From the NCBI RefSeq assembly GCF_003334785.1, contig NZ_QOWV01000002.1: a DNA stretch of 64,000 nt. One strand, given 5' to 3'. Shown here piece after piece: positions 1 through 8,825 of the stretch. Below the pieces are notes generated by a model. That model saw only the letters and a list, made by a program, of their open reading frames with translations, was not told where the DNA came from and did no database searches. This DNA comes from Escherichia coli (GTDB taxonomy: Bacteria; Pseudomonadota; Gammaproteobacteria; Enterobacterales; Enterobacteriaceae). Both the position numbers and the translations under genes were made by a program. Position 1 is the first letter of the stretch. Each line of letters starts with the position of its first letter.

Positions 1-33
1 CCGGGCAGGGGCGAGTTTGAGGTGAAGTAAGAC

Positions 34-522
34 ATGAGACTGACATCTAAAGGGCGCTATGCCGTGACCGCAATGCTTGACGTTGCGCTCAACTCTGAAG
101 CGGGCCCGGTACCGTTGGCTGATATTTCCGAACGTCAGGGAATTTCCCTTTCTTATCTGGAACAACTGTTTTCCCGTCTGCGTAAAAATGGTCTGGTTTC
201 CAGCGTACGTGGACCAGGCGGTGGTTATCTGTTAGGCAAAGATGCCAGCAGCATCGCCGTTGGCGAAGTAATTAGCGCCGTTGACGAATCTGTAGATGCC
301 ACCCGTTGTCAGGGTAAAGGCGGCTGCCAGGGCGGCGATAAATGCCTGACCCACGCGCTGTGGCGTGATTTGAGCGACCGTCTCACCGGTTTTCTCAACA
401 ACATTACTTTAGGCGAACTGGTTAATAACCAGGAAGTGCTGGATGTGTCTGGTCGTCAGCATACTCACGACGCGCCACGCACCCGCACACAAGACGCGAT
501 CGACGTTAAGTTACGCGCTTAA
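34..522 (+). CDS. iscR: Fe-S cluster assembly transcriptional regulator IscR (Rrf2 family)
   Basis: ORF-track ORF of 162 aa; N-terminal HTH and Cys-rich cluster-ligand region ([13 protein letters not shown]); first gene of the isc operon by synteny. Confidence 0.95.
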
Positions 523-536
523 TAAAAAGAATTCAG

Positions 537-599
537 AATCAGGCCGGAGTGCTAAATACTCCGTAAACACGGTCGTACATCCAGCCGGTAGCCTGATTC
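537..599 (+). promoter_or_regulatory. iscR-iscS intergenic stem-loop structure
   Basis: GAATCAGGCCGG...CCGGTAGCCTGATTC long-range inverted repeat enclosing a second hairpin CGGAGT-gctaaat-ACTCCG. Confidence 0.6.
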
Positions 600-633
600 C
601 TTGCATTGAGTGATGTACGGAGTTTATAGAGCA

Positions 634-1848
634 ATGAAATTACCGATTTATCTCGACTACTCCGCAACCACGCCGGTGGACCCGCGTGTTGCCGAGAAAA
701 TGATGCAGTTTATGACGATGGACGGAACCTTTGGTAACCCGGCCTCCCGTTCTCACCGTTTCGGCTGGCAGGCTGAAGAAGCGGTAGATATCGCCCGTAA
801 TCAGATTGCCGATCTGGTCGGCGCTGATCCGCGTGAAATCGTCTTTACCTCTGGTGCAACCGAATCTGACAACCTGGCGATCAAAGGTGCAGCCAACTTT
901 TATCAGAAAAAAGGCAAGCACATCATCACCAGCAAAACCGAACACAAAGCGGTACTGGATACCTGCCGTCAGCTGGAGCGCGAAGGTTTTGAAGTCACCT
1001 ACCTGGCACCGCAGCGTAACGGCATTATCGACCTGAAAGAACTTGAAGCAGCGATGCGTGACGACACCATCCTCGTGTCCATCATGCACGTAAATAACGA
1101 AATCGGCGTGGTGCAGGATATCGCGGCTATCGGCGAAATGTGCCGTGCTCGTGGCATTATCTATCACGTTGATGCAACCCAGAGCGTGGGTAAACTGCCT
1201 ATCGACCTGAGCCAGTTGAAAGTTGACCTGATGTCTTTCTCCGGTCACAAAATCTATGGCCCGAAAGGTATCGGTGCGCTGTATGTACGTCGTAAACCGC
1301 GCGTACGCATCGAAGCGCAAATGCACGGCGGCGGTCACGAGCGCGGTATGCGTTCCGGCACTCTGCCTGTTCACCAGATCGTCGGAATGGGCGAGGCCTA
1401 TCGCATCGCAAAAGAAGAGATGGCGACCGAGATGGAACGTCTGCGCGGCCTGCGTAACCGTCTGTGGAACGGCATCAAAGATATCGAAGAAGTTTACCTG
1501 AACGGTGACCTGGAACACGGTGCGCCGAACATTCTCAACGTCAGCTTCAACTACGTTGAAGGTGAGTCGCTGATTATGGCGCTGAAAGACCTCGCAGTTT
1601 CTTCAGGTTCCGCCTGTACGTCAGCAAGCCTCGAACCGTCCTACGTGCTGCGCGCGCTGGGGCTGAACGACGAGCTGGCACATAGCTCTATCCGTTTCTC
1701 TTTAGGTCGTTTTACTACTGAAGAAGAGATCGACTACACCATCGAGTTAGTTCGTAAATCCATCGGTCGTCTGCGTGACCTTTCTCCGCTGTGGGAAATG
1801 TACAAGCAGGGCGTGGATCTGAACAGCATCGAATGGGCTCATCATTAA
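634..1848 (+). CDS. iscS: cysteine desulfurase IscS (PLP-dependent)
   Basis: Track ORF 610-1848 trimmed to ATG at 634 ([16 protein letters not shown]), giving 404 aa; PLP-lysine motif [12 protein letters not shown] and active-site SSGSACTS present. Confidence 0.95.
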
Positions 1849-1875
1849 TCGGTATCGGAATCAGGAGAATTTATA

Positions 1876-2262
1876 ATGGCTTACAGCGAAAAAGTTATCG
1901 ACCATTACGAGAATCCGCGTAACGTGGGTTCCTTTGACAACAACGACGAGAACGTCGGCAGCGGCATGGTGGGGGCACCGGCCTGTGGCGACGTGATGAA
2001 GTTGCAGATTAAAGTCAACGATGAAGGTATCATTGAAGACGCGCGTTTTAAAACTTACGGCTGCGGTTCCGCTATCGCTTCCAGCTCCCTGGTCACCGAA
2101 TGGGTGAAAGGGAAGTCTCTCGACGAAGCGCAGGCGATCAAAAACACCGATATTGCTGAAGAACTTGAACTGCCGCCGGTGAAAATTCACTGTTCTATTC
2201 TGGCAGAAGACGCGATCAAAGCCGCCATTGCGGACTATAAAAGCAAACGTGAAGCAAAATAA
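1876..2262 (+). CDS. iscU: Fe-S cluster scaffold protein IscU
   Basis: 128-aa ORF, MAYSEKVIDHYENPRNVG..., conserved Cys ligands; follows iscS. Confidence 0.96.
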   Translation: MAYSEKVIDHYENPRNVGSFDNNDENVGSGMVGAPACGDVMKLQIKVNDEGIIEDARFKTYGCGSAIASSSLVTEWVKGKSLDEAQAIKNTDIAEELELPPVKIHCSILAEDAIKAAIADYKSKREAK

Positions 2263-2278
2263 GAGTTGAGGTTTGGTT

Positions 2279-2602
2279 ATGTCGATTACACTGAGCGACA
2301 GTGCAGCAGCGCGAGTAAATACCTTTCTGGCTAACCGCGGTAAAGGGTTTGGCCTGCGTCTGGGCGTGAGAACCTCCGGGTGTTCAGGTATGGCTTATGT
2401 ACTGGAATTTGTTGACGAACCGACGCCGGAAGACATCGTGTTTGAAGACAAAGGCGTGAAAGTCGTGGTCGATGGCAAGAGCCTGCAATTTCTGGACGGT
2501 ACGCAGCTGGACTTCGTAAAAGAAGGCCTGAACGAAGGGTTTAAATTCACCAACCCGAACGTCAAAGATGAGTGTGGTTGCGGCGAAAGCTTCCACGTTT
2601 GA
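2279..2602 (+). CDS. iscA: Fe-S cluster insertion protein IscA (A-type carrier)
   Basis: Track ORF 2273-2602 trimmed to ATG at 2279 (MSITLSD...), 107 aa; C-terminal CGCGESF motif. Confidence 0.94.
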   Translation: MSITLSDSAAARVNTFLANRGKGFGLRLGVRTSGCSGMAYVLEFVDEPTPEDIVFEDKGVKVVVDGKSLQFLDGTQLDFVKEGLNEGFKFTNPNVKDECGCGESFHV

Positions 2603-2615
2603 TGCGCATACCGAT

Positions 2616-2652
2616 AACCCCACCGTGGTCGCCTGCGCGTGGGGTTTGTTTT
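2616..2652 (+). terminator. intrinsic terminator after iscA (partial terminator between iscRSUA and hscBA-fdx)
   Basis: CCCCACCG...CGCGTGGGG stem followed by TTTGTTTT. Confidence 0.7.
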
Positions 2653-2697
2653 ACCTGATTCGCCGTTATCGCGGCGGATCGCAGCCCTGAGAATGTT

Positions 2698-3213
2698 ATG
2701 GATTACTTCACCCTCTTTGGCTTGCCTGCCCGCTATCAACTCGATACCCAGGCGCTGAGCCTGCGTTTTCAGGATCTACAACGTCAGTATCATCCTGATA
2801 AATTCGCCAGCGGAAGCCAGGCGGAACAACTCGCCGCCGTACAGCAATCTGCAACCATTAACCAGGCCTGGCAAACGCTGCGTCATCCGTTAATGCGCGC
2901 GGAATATTTGCTTTCTTTGCACGGCTTTGATCTCGCCAGCGAGCAGCATACTGTGCGCGACACCGCGTTCCTGATGGAACAGTTGGAGCTGCGCGAAGAG
3001 CTGGACGAGATCGAACAGGCGAAAGATGAAGCGCGGCTGGAAAGCTTTATCAAACGTGTGAAAAAGATGTTTGATACCCGCCATCAGTTGATGGTTGAAC
3101 AGTTAGACAACGAGACGTGGGACGCGGCGGCGGATACCGTGCGTAAGCTGCGTTTTCTCGATAAACTGCGAAGCAGTGCCGAACAACTCGAAGAAAAACT
3201 GCTCGATTTTTAA
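2698..3213 (+). CDS. hscB: co-chaperone HscB (J-domain protein for IscU)
   Basis: 171-aa ORF with J-domain HPD motif (QYHPDKF). Confidence 0.95.
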
Positions 3214-3229
3214 TTTCTGGAAGCTAAAC

Positions 3230-5080
3230 ATGGCCTTATTACAAATTAGTGAACCTGGTTTGAGTGCTGCGCCGCATCAGCGTCGTCTGGCGGCCGGTAT
3301 TGACCTGGGCACAACCAACTCGCTGGTGGCGACAGTGCGCAGCGGTCAGGCCGAAACGTTAGCCGATCATGAAGGCCGTCACCTGCTGCCATCTGTTGTT
3401 CACTATCAACAGCAAGGGCATTCGGTGGGTTATGACGCGCGTACTAATGCAGCGCTCGATACCGCCAACACAATTAGTTCTGTTAAACGCCTGATGGGAC
3501 GCTCGCTGGCTGATATCCAGCAACGCTATCCGCATCTGCCTTATCAATTCCAGGCCAGCGAAAACGGCCTGCCGATGATTGAAACGGCGGCGGGGCTGCT
3601 GAACCCGGTGCGCGTTTCTGCGGACATCCTCAAAGCACTGGCGGCGCGGGCAACTGAAGCCCTGGCAGGCGAGCTGGATGGTGTAGTTATCACCGTTCCG
3701 GCGTACTTTGACGATGCCCAGCGTCAGGGCACCAAAGACGCGGCGCGTCTGGCGGGCCTTCACGTCCTGCGCTTACTTAACGAACCGACCGCTGCGGCTA
3801 TCGCCTACGGGCTGGATTCCGGTCAGGAAGGCGTGATCGCCGTTTATGACCTCGGTGGCGGGACGTTTGATATTTCCATTCTGCGCTTAAGTCGCGGCGT
3901 GTTTGAAGTGCTGGCAACCGGCGGTGATTCCGCGCTCGGCGGCGATGATTTCGACCATCTGCTGGCGGATTACATTCGCGAGCAGGCGGGCATTCCTGAT
4001 CGTAGCGATAACCGCGTTCAGCGTGAACTGCTGGATGCCGCCATTGCAGCCAAAATCGCGCTGAGCGATGCGGACTCCGTGACCGTTAACGTTGCGGGCT
4101 GGCAGGGCGAAATCAGCCGTGAACAATTCAATGAACTGATCGCGCCACTGGTAAAACGAACCTTACTGGCTTGTCGTCGCGCGCTGAAAGACGCGGGTGT
4201 AGAAGCTGATGAAGTGCTGGAAGTGGTGATGGTGGGCGGTTCTACTCGCGTGCCGCTGGTGCGTGAACGGGTAGGCGAATTTTTCGGTCGTCCACCGCTG
4301 ACTTCCATCGACCCGGATAAAGTCGTCGCTATTGGCGCGGCGATTCAGGCGGATATTCTGGTGGGTAACAAGCCAGACAGCGAAATGCTGTTGCTTGATG
4401 TGATCCCACTGTCGCTGGGCCTCGAAACGATGGGCGGCCTGGTGGAGAAAGTGATTCCGCGTAATACCACTATTCCGGTGGCCCGCGCTCAGGATTTCAC
4501 CACCTTTAAAGATGGTCAGACGGCGATGTCTATCCATGTAATGCAGGGTGAGCGCGAACTGGTGCAGGACTGCCGCTCACTGGCGCGTTTTGCGCTGCGT
4601 GGTATTCCGGCGCTACCGGCTGGCGGTGCGCATATTCGCGTGACGTTCCAGGTCGATGCCGACGGTCTTTTGAGCGTGACGGCGATGGAGAAATCCACCG
4701 GCGTTGAGGCGTCTATTCAGGTCAAACCGTCTTACGGTCTGACCGATAGCGAAATCGCTTCGATGATCAAAGACTCAATGAGCTATGCCGAGCAGGACGT
4801 AAAAGCCCGAATGCTGGCAGAACAAAAAGTAGAAGCGGCGCGTGTGCTGGAAAGTCTGCACGGCGCGCTGGCTGCTGATGCCGCGCTGTTAAGCGCCGCA
4901 GAACGTCAGGTCATTGACGATGCTGCCGCTCACCTGAGTGAAGTGGCGCAGGGCGATGATGTTGACGCCATCGAACAAGCGATTAAAAACGTAGACAAAC
5001 AAACCCAGGATTTCGCCGCTCGCCGCATGGACCAGTCGGTTCGTCGTGCGCTGAAAGGCCATTCCGTGGACGAGGTTTAA
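3230..5080 (+). CDS. hscA: Hsp70-family chaperone HscA
   Basis: Track ORF 3176-5080 trimmed to ATG at 3230 ([10 protein letters not shown]...), 616 aa; Hsp70 ATPase motifs ([17 protein letters not shown]). Confidence 0.95.
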
Positions 5081-5081
5081 T

Positions 5082-5417
5082 ATGCCAAAGATTGTTATTT
5101 TGCCTCATCAGGATCTCTGCCCTGATGGCGCTGTTCTGGAAGCTAATAGCGGTGAAACCATTCTCGACGCAGCTCTGCGTAACGGTATCGAGATTGAACA
5201 CGCCTGTGAAAAATCCTGTGCTTGCACCACCTGCCACTGCATCGTTCGTGAAGGTTTTGACTCACTGCCGGAAAGCTCAGAGCAGGAAGACGACATGCTG
5301 GACAAAGCCTGGGGACTGGAGCCGGAAAGCCGTTTAAGCTGCCAGGCGCGCGTTACCGACGAAGATTTAGTAGTCGAAATCCCGCGTTACACTATCAACC
5401 ATGCGCGTGAGCATTAA
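5082..5417 (+). CDS. fdx: [2Fe-2S] ferredoxin Fdx
   Basis: 111-aa ORF with the Cys cluster of adrenodoxin-type ferredoxin; starts 1 nt after the hscA stop. Confidence 0.95.
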
Positions 5418-5428
5418 CAGAGGTTAGT

Positions 5429-5629
5429 ATGGGACTTAAGTGGACCGATAGCCGCGAAATTGGCGAAGCACTGTACGATGCGTATCCCGATCTTGATCCG
5501 AAAACGGTTCGATTCACCGATATGCATCAGTGGATTTGCGATCTGGAAGATTTCGACGACGACCCGCAGGCATCCAACGAGAAAATCCTCGAAGCGATTT
5601 TGTTAGTCTGGCTGGACGAGGCCGAATAA
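5429..5629 (+). CDS. iscX: Fe-S assembly protein IscX (YfhJ)
   Basis: 66-aa acidic [27 protein letters not shown]...; last gene of the isc cluster. Confidence 0.93.
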
Positions 5630-5806
5630 TTTCCGCGTCATGCTTCACGCCGCAGATGCGTTGGCTGCGCTCGTTCACCCCTGTCACATAGTTATCTATG
5701 CTCCTGGGGCTTCACTCACTTGCCGCCTTCCTGCAACGCGAATCATTTAGCGGAAAAATCCTGGGGCTGCCAACTGGCGGCCCTTTTACAAAGAAGGATA
5801 ACTAAA

Positions 5807-7090
5807 ATGACAGAAGCGATGAAGATTACCCTCTCTACCCAACCTGCCGACGCGCGCTGGGGAGAAAAAGCAACTTACAGCATTAATAATGACGGCATTA
5901 CCCTGCATTTGAACGGGGCAGACGATCTGGGGCTGATCCAGCGTGCGGCGCGCAAGATTGACGGTCTGGGCATCAAGCATGTTCAGTTAAGCGGTGAAGG
6001 CTGGGATGCGGATCGCTGCTGGGCATTCTGGCAAGGTTACAAAGCCCCGAAAGGCACGCGTAAAGTGGTGTGGCCGGATCTGGACGATGCCCAGCGCCAG
6101 GAACTGGATAACCGCCTGATGATCATCGACTGGGTGCGTGACACCATCAACGCACCGGCAGAAGAATTGGGACCATCGCAACTGGCACAGCGTGCTGTTG
6201 ATCTGATCAGCAACGTCGCGGGCGATCGTGTGACTTATCGGATCACCAAAGGCGAAGATCTGCGTGAGCAAGGTTATATGGGGCTGCACACAGTCGGACG
6301 CGGTTCAGAACGTTCTCCGGTATTGCTGGCGCTGGATTACAACCCAACTGGCGATAAAGAAGCGCCAGTGTACGCGTGCCTGGTAGGTAAAGGTATCACT
6401 TTTGACTCCGGCGGCTACAGCATCAAACAGACTGCGTTTATGGACTCGATGAAGTCGGACATGGGCGGCGCGGCAACGGTTACCGGGGCGCTGGCATTTG
6501 CCATTACGCGCGGACTGAACAAGCGCGTGAAGCTGTTCCTCTGCTGTGCGGATAACCTGATTAGCGGCAATGCGTTCAAGCTGGGCGATATCATCACCTA
6601 TCGCAACGGTAAAAAAGTTGAAGTGATGAACACTGATGCCGAAGGGCGTCTGGTGCTTGCCGATGGTCTGATTGATGCCAGTGCGCAGAAACCGGAAATG
6701 ATCATTGATGCGGCGACCCTCACCGGGGCGGCGAAAACTGCGCTGGGTAATGATTATCACGCGCTGTTCAGTTTTGACGATGCGCTGGCCGGTCGCTTGC
6801 TGGCGAGTGCCGCGCAGGAGAACGAACCGTTCTGGCGTCTGCCGCTGGCGGAGTTCCACCGCAGCCAGCTGCCGTCTAACTTTGCCGAACTGAACAATAC
6901 CGGAAGCGCGGCGTATCCGGCAGGCGCGAGCACGGCGGCGGGCTTCCTGTCGCACTTTGTTGAGAACTATCAGCAAGGCTGGCTGCATATCGACTGCTCG
7001 GCGACTTACCGTAAAGCGCCGGTTGAACAGTGGTCTGCGGGCGCTACGGGACTTGGTGTGCGCACGATAGCTAATCTGTTAACGGCGTAA
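5807..7090 (+). CDS. pepB: peptidase B (M17 leucyl aminopeptidase family)
   Basis: Track ORF 5720-7090 trimmed to ATG at 5807 ([11 protein letters not shown]...), 427 aa; M17 catalytic motif NTDAEGRL present. Confidence 0.93.
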
Positions 7091-7098
7091 ACTAATAT

Positions 7099-7200
<102 letters not shown>

Positions 7201-7231
7201 CGCCCCGAACGTTGAATGAATTGTGGTTCTT

Positions 7232-8008
7232 ATGTCCGAAACAAAAAACGAACTTGAAGACCTGCTGGAAAAAGCAGCAACTGAACCGGCGCACCGCCCG
7301 GCCTTTTTCCGTACTCTACTGGAATCCACCGTCTGGGTGCCTGGTACGGCGGCGCAGGGCGAGGCTGTGGTTGAAGATAGCGCGCTTGATTTACAGCACT
7401 GGGAAAAAGAAGACGGCACCAGCGTCATTCCTTTTTTCACCTCGTTAGAAGCACTTCAACAGGCGGTTGAAGACGAACAGGCATTTGTCGTAATGCCCGT
7501 TCGCACGCTGTTTGAGATGACACTTGGCGAAACGCTCTTCCTTAATGCCAAACTGCCAACCGGTAAAGAATTTATGCCGCGTGAAATCAGTTTGTTGATT
7601 GGTGAAGAGGGAAATCCGCTGAGCAGCCAGGAAATCCTGGAAGGCGGTGAATCGCTGATATTATCGGAAGTCGCAGAGCCGCCAGCACAAATGATTGATT
7701 CACTCACCACCTTATTTAAAACCATTAAGCCGGTGAAGCGTGCTTTTATTTGTTCAATTAAAGAGAACGAAGAGGCACAGCCTAATTTACTTATTGGCAT
7801 TGAAGCCGATGGTGATATCGAAGAAATTATTCAGGCGACGGGAAGTGTAGCGACCGATACATTACCTGGCGATGAACCAATCGATATTTGTCAGGTGAAA
7901 AAAGGGGAAAAAGGAATTAGCCACTTTATTACCGAACATATTGCGCCATTCTATGAACGTCGCTGGGGTGGTTTTTTGCGTGACTTTAAACAGAATCGGA
8001 TAATCTAA
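7232..8008 (+). CDS. sseB: serine-sensitivity enhancing protein SseB
   Basis: Track ORF 7223-8008 trimmed to ATG at 7232 (MSETKNELEDLL...), 258 aa; synteny pepB-sseB-ryfA-sseA. Confidence 0.9.
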   Translation: MSETKNELEDLLEKAATEPAHRPAFFRTLLESTVWVPGTAAQGEAVVEDSALDLQHWEKEDGTSVIPFFTSLEALQQAVEDEQAFVVMPVRTLFEMTLGETLFLNAKLPTGKEFMPREISLLIGEEGNPLSSQEILEGGESLILSEVAEPPAQMIDSLTTLFKTIKPVKRAFICSIKENEEAQPNLLIGIEADGDIEEIIQATGSVATDTLPGDEPIDICQVKKGEKGISHFITEHIAPFYERRWGGFLRDFKQNRII

Positions 8009-8010
8009 AA

Positions 8011-8031
8011 TATGCCGCCCAAAGGGCGGCA
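8011..8031. terminator. GC-rich hairpin ATGCCGCCC-aaa-GGGCGGCAT between the sseB stop and the small ORF stop
   Basis: Perfect 9-bp stem with a 3-nt loop; on the minus strand it is followed by the U/A-rich run AUAUUUUA. Confidence 0.5.
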
Positions 8032-8038
8032 TTCGGGC

Positions 8039-8176
8039 TTACTTGCTGCTCTGAAGGTTGTTAACCACCAGTAAATTGTCGCCGGAGAGACTCCGGTTAT
8101 TATTTACCTCGGTTAACAGCGCACCAGAAACAATAAGTACGATACAAAAGCACCGTATCTTCATTGTGCGGTCCAT
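8039..8176 (-). CDS. candidate small membrane protein encoded within the ryfA locus (45 aa from the first ATG, 41 aa from an internal ATG at 8164); hypothetical TimP-like toxin
   Basis: Manual translation of the minus strand: MDRTMKIRCFCIVLIVSGALLTEVNNNRSLSGDNLLVVNNLQSSK, stop at 8039-8041, followed immediately by a GC hairpin at 8011-8031. Below the ORF-track reporting size (shortest listed ORF is 60 aa). No canonical Shine-Dalgarno seen, so this is speculative. Confidence 0.3.
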   Translation of the reverse strand: MDRTMKIRCFCIVLIVSGALLTEVNNNRSLSGDNLLVVNNLQSSK

Positions 8177-8294
8177 GCGAAGACCGCATCACGACAGCAC
8201 CACTGGCGATATTGCCGCGATAGCAAGCGCTGTGAAACACCTGCATTTACGGCCACGGAACATCCTTTCCTAAAGCCAGCGCCCGTTTGCGAGA

Positions 8295-8491
8295 CGGCGG
8301 AAAGGGCCGCAGTGGATAATACACTAACAGAACAATAATAACTCTCTTTTGCTTGACAAAAAGAGAGTTACTGGCGAGTATTGTCTCCGCTGAGACGCGC
8401 TTGCATTACTACGGTAATACAACCTGCTGGAAAGGCCGCGAACCGGACCAGCAACAAAAAACCGCCTGATTTTGGCGGTTTTTTGTTTTTT
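8295..8491. repeat. ryfA-locus tandem module, copy 1 (~200 nt, ends in a bidirectional terminator)
   Basis: Aligns by eye to 8617-8810 at roughly 80-85 percent identity; shared blocks GGCGGAAAGGGCCG, ACTCTCTTTTGCTTGACAAAAAGAGAGTTACTGG, CCTGCTGGAAAGGCCGCGAACC, then a terminator. Confidence 0.7.
8455..8491. terminator. bidirectional intrinsic terminator (AAAAAACCGCC-tgatttt-GGCGGTTTTTTGTTTTTT)
   Basis: GC stem flanked by an A-run on the 5-prime side and a T-run on the 3-prime side, so it is functional on either strand. Confidence 0.75.
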
Positions 8492-8616
8492 AAAGGAAAG
8501 TGAATTTACATGTTTAAGTAATATCTTTTACCGGTTAGAATTTTTAATTTTGAGCAGGATTTGTTTATATTTGTCTGAATTCGGACTAATAAGCCAGGTT
8601 ATTTTATTACCGAACA

Positions 8617-8810
8617 CGGCGGAAAGGGCCGGTGTCGATAATACGCTAAATAAACAATAATTACTCTCTTTTGCTTGACAAAAAGAGAGTTACTGGTGAG
8701 TATTGTTTTGCTGTGAAGCACCTGCGTTGCTCATGTAACACAAGTCAACCTGCTGGAAAGGCCGCGAACCAGACTAGCAATAAAAAACCGCCAAATTCGG
8801 CGGTTTTTTA
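8617..8810. repeat. ryfA-locus tandem module, copy 2
   Basis: Diverged duplicate of 8295-8491, separated from it by a ~125-nt AT-rich spacer. Confidence 0.7.
8782..8810. terminator. bidirectional intrinsic terminator; ends the sseA transcript and module copy 2
   Basis: AAAAAACCGCC-aaatt-CGGCGGTTTTTT, 15 nt downstream of the sseA stop on the minus strand. Confidence 0.8.
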
Positions 8811-8825
8811 TTGCCTGTAAAATAC

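Larger units (their letters stand above)
8009..8330 (-). ncRNA. ryfA: RyfA small RNA locus (approximate extent; strand inferred)
   Basis: Position between sseB and sseA matches the known ryfA location in E. coli; a terminator hairpin lies at the sseB-proximal end; the exact 5-prime end cannot be set from sequence alone. Confidence 0.4.

Noticed and set aside
610-633. N-terminal extensions in the ORF track for iscS, iscA, hscA, pepB, sseB, sseA, der, yfgJ, guaB, ppx, ppk, purM, upp, uraA, hda, hyfJ, hyfG, hyfC, hyfA, gcvR and dapA.
   Set aside because: The track reports the longest stop-to-stop frame from the first possible start. The known protein N-termini correspond to internal initiation codons, many preceded by a Shine-Dalgarno-like sequence, and the extensions often overlap the upstream gene or its terminator.
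640-1518. 292-aa ORF on the minus strand inside iscS. Other long antisense ORFs of the same kind: 6305-6988 in pepB, 12500-13030 in yfhM, 18143-18763 in rlmN, 20394-20972 and 21030-21527 in ispG, 24023-24754 in bamB, 28098-28853 and 28854-29513 in guaB, 29627-30490 and 30515-31090 in guaA, 41182-42087 across upp, 52248-52832 in hyfG, 58954-59529 and 58777-59319 in hyfB.
   Set aside because: These are shadow ORFs opposite well-supported conserved genes. The sense-strand products are recognisable full-length proteins, and the antisense frames have no start context or recognisable domains.
8058-8273. 71-aa plus-strand ORF (MLTTSKLSPERLRL...) and 62-aa ORF 8472-8660 within the ryfA locus.
   Set aside because: Neither has a Shine-Dalgarno, both have compositionally odd sequences, and the second spans a terminator and the AT-rich spacer. 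They are more likely chance frames in non-coding RNA sequence.
8507-8521. Mini-ORF ATG TTT AAG TAA about 10 nt after an AGGAAA motif in the spacer between the two ryfA-locus modules.
   Set aside because: At three codons with no supporting context it is indistinguishable from chance in AT-rich sequence. Noted only as a possible leader-peptide-like element.
8295-8810. Possibility that the repeated sequence in the sseB-sseA region is a CRISPR array or an IS element remnant.
   Set aside because: There are only two copies, about 200 nt each, with no short direct repeats separated by unique spacers, no terminal inverted repeats, no target-site duplication and no transposase ORF. The structure fits duplicated sRNA modules instead.
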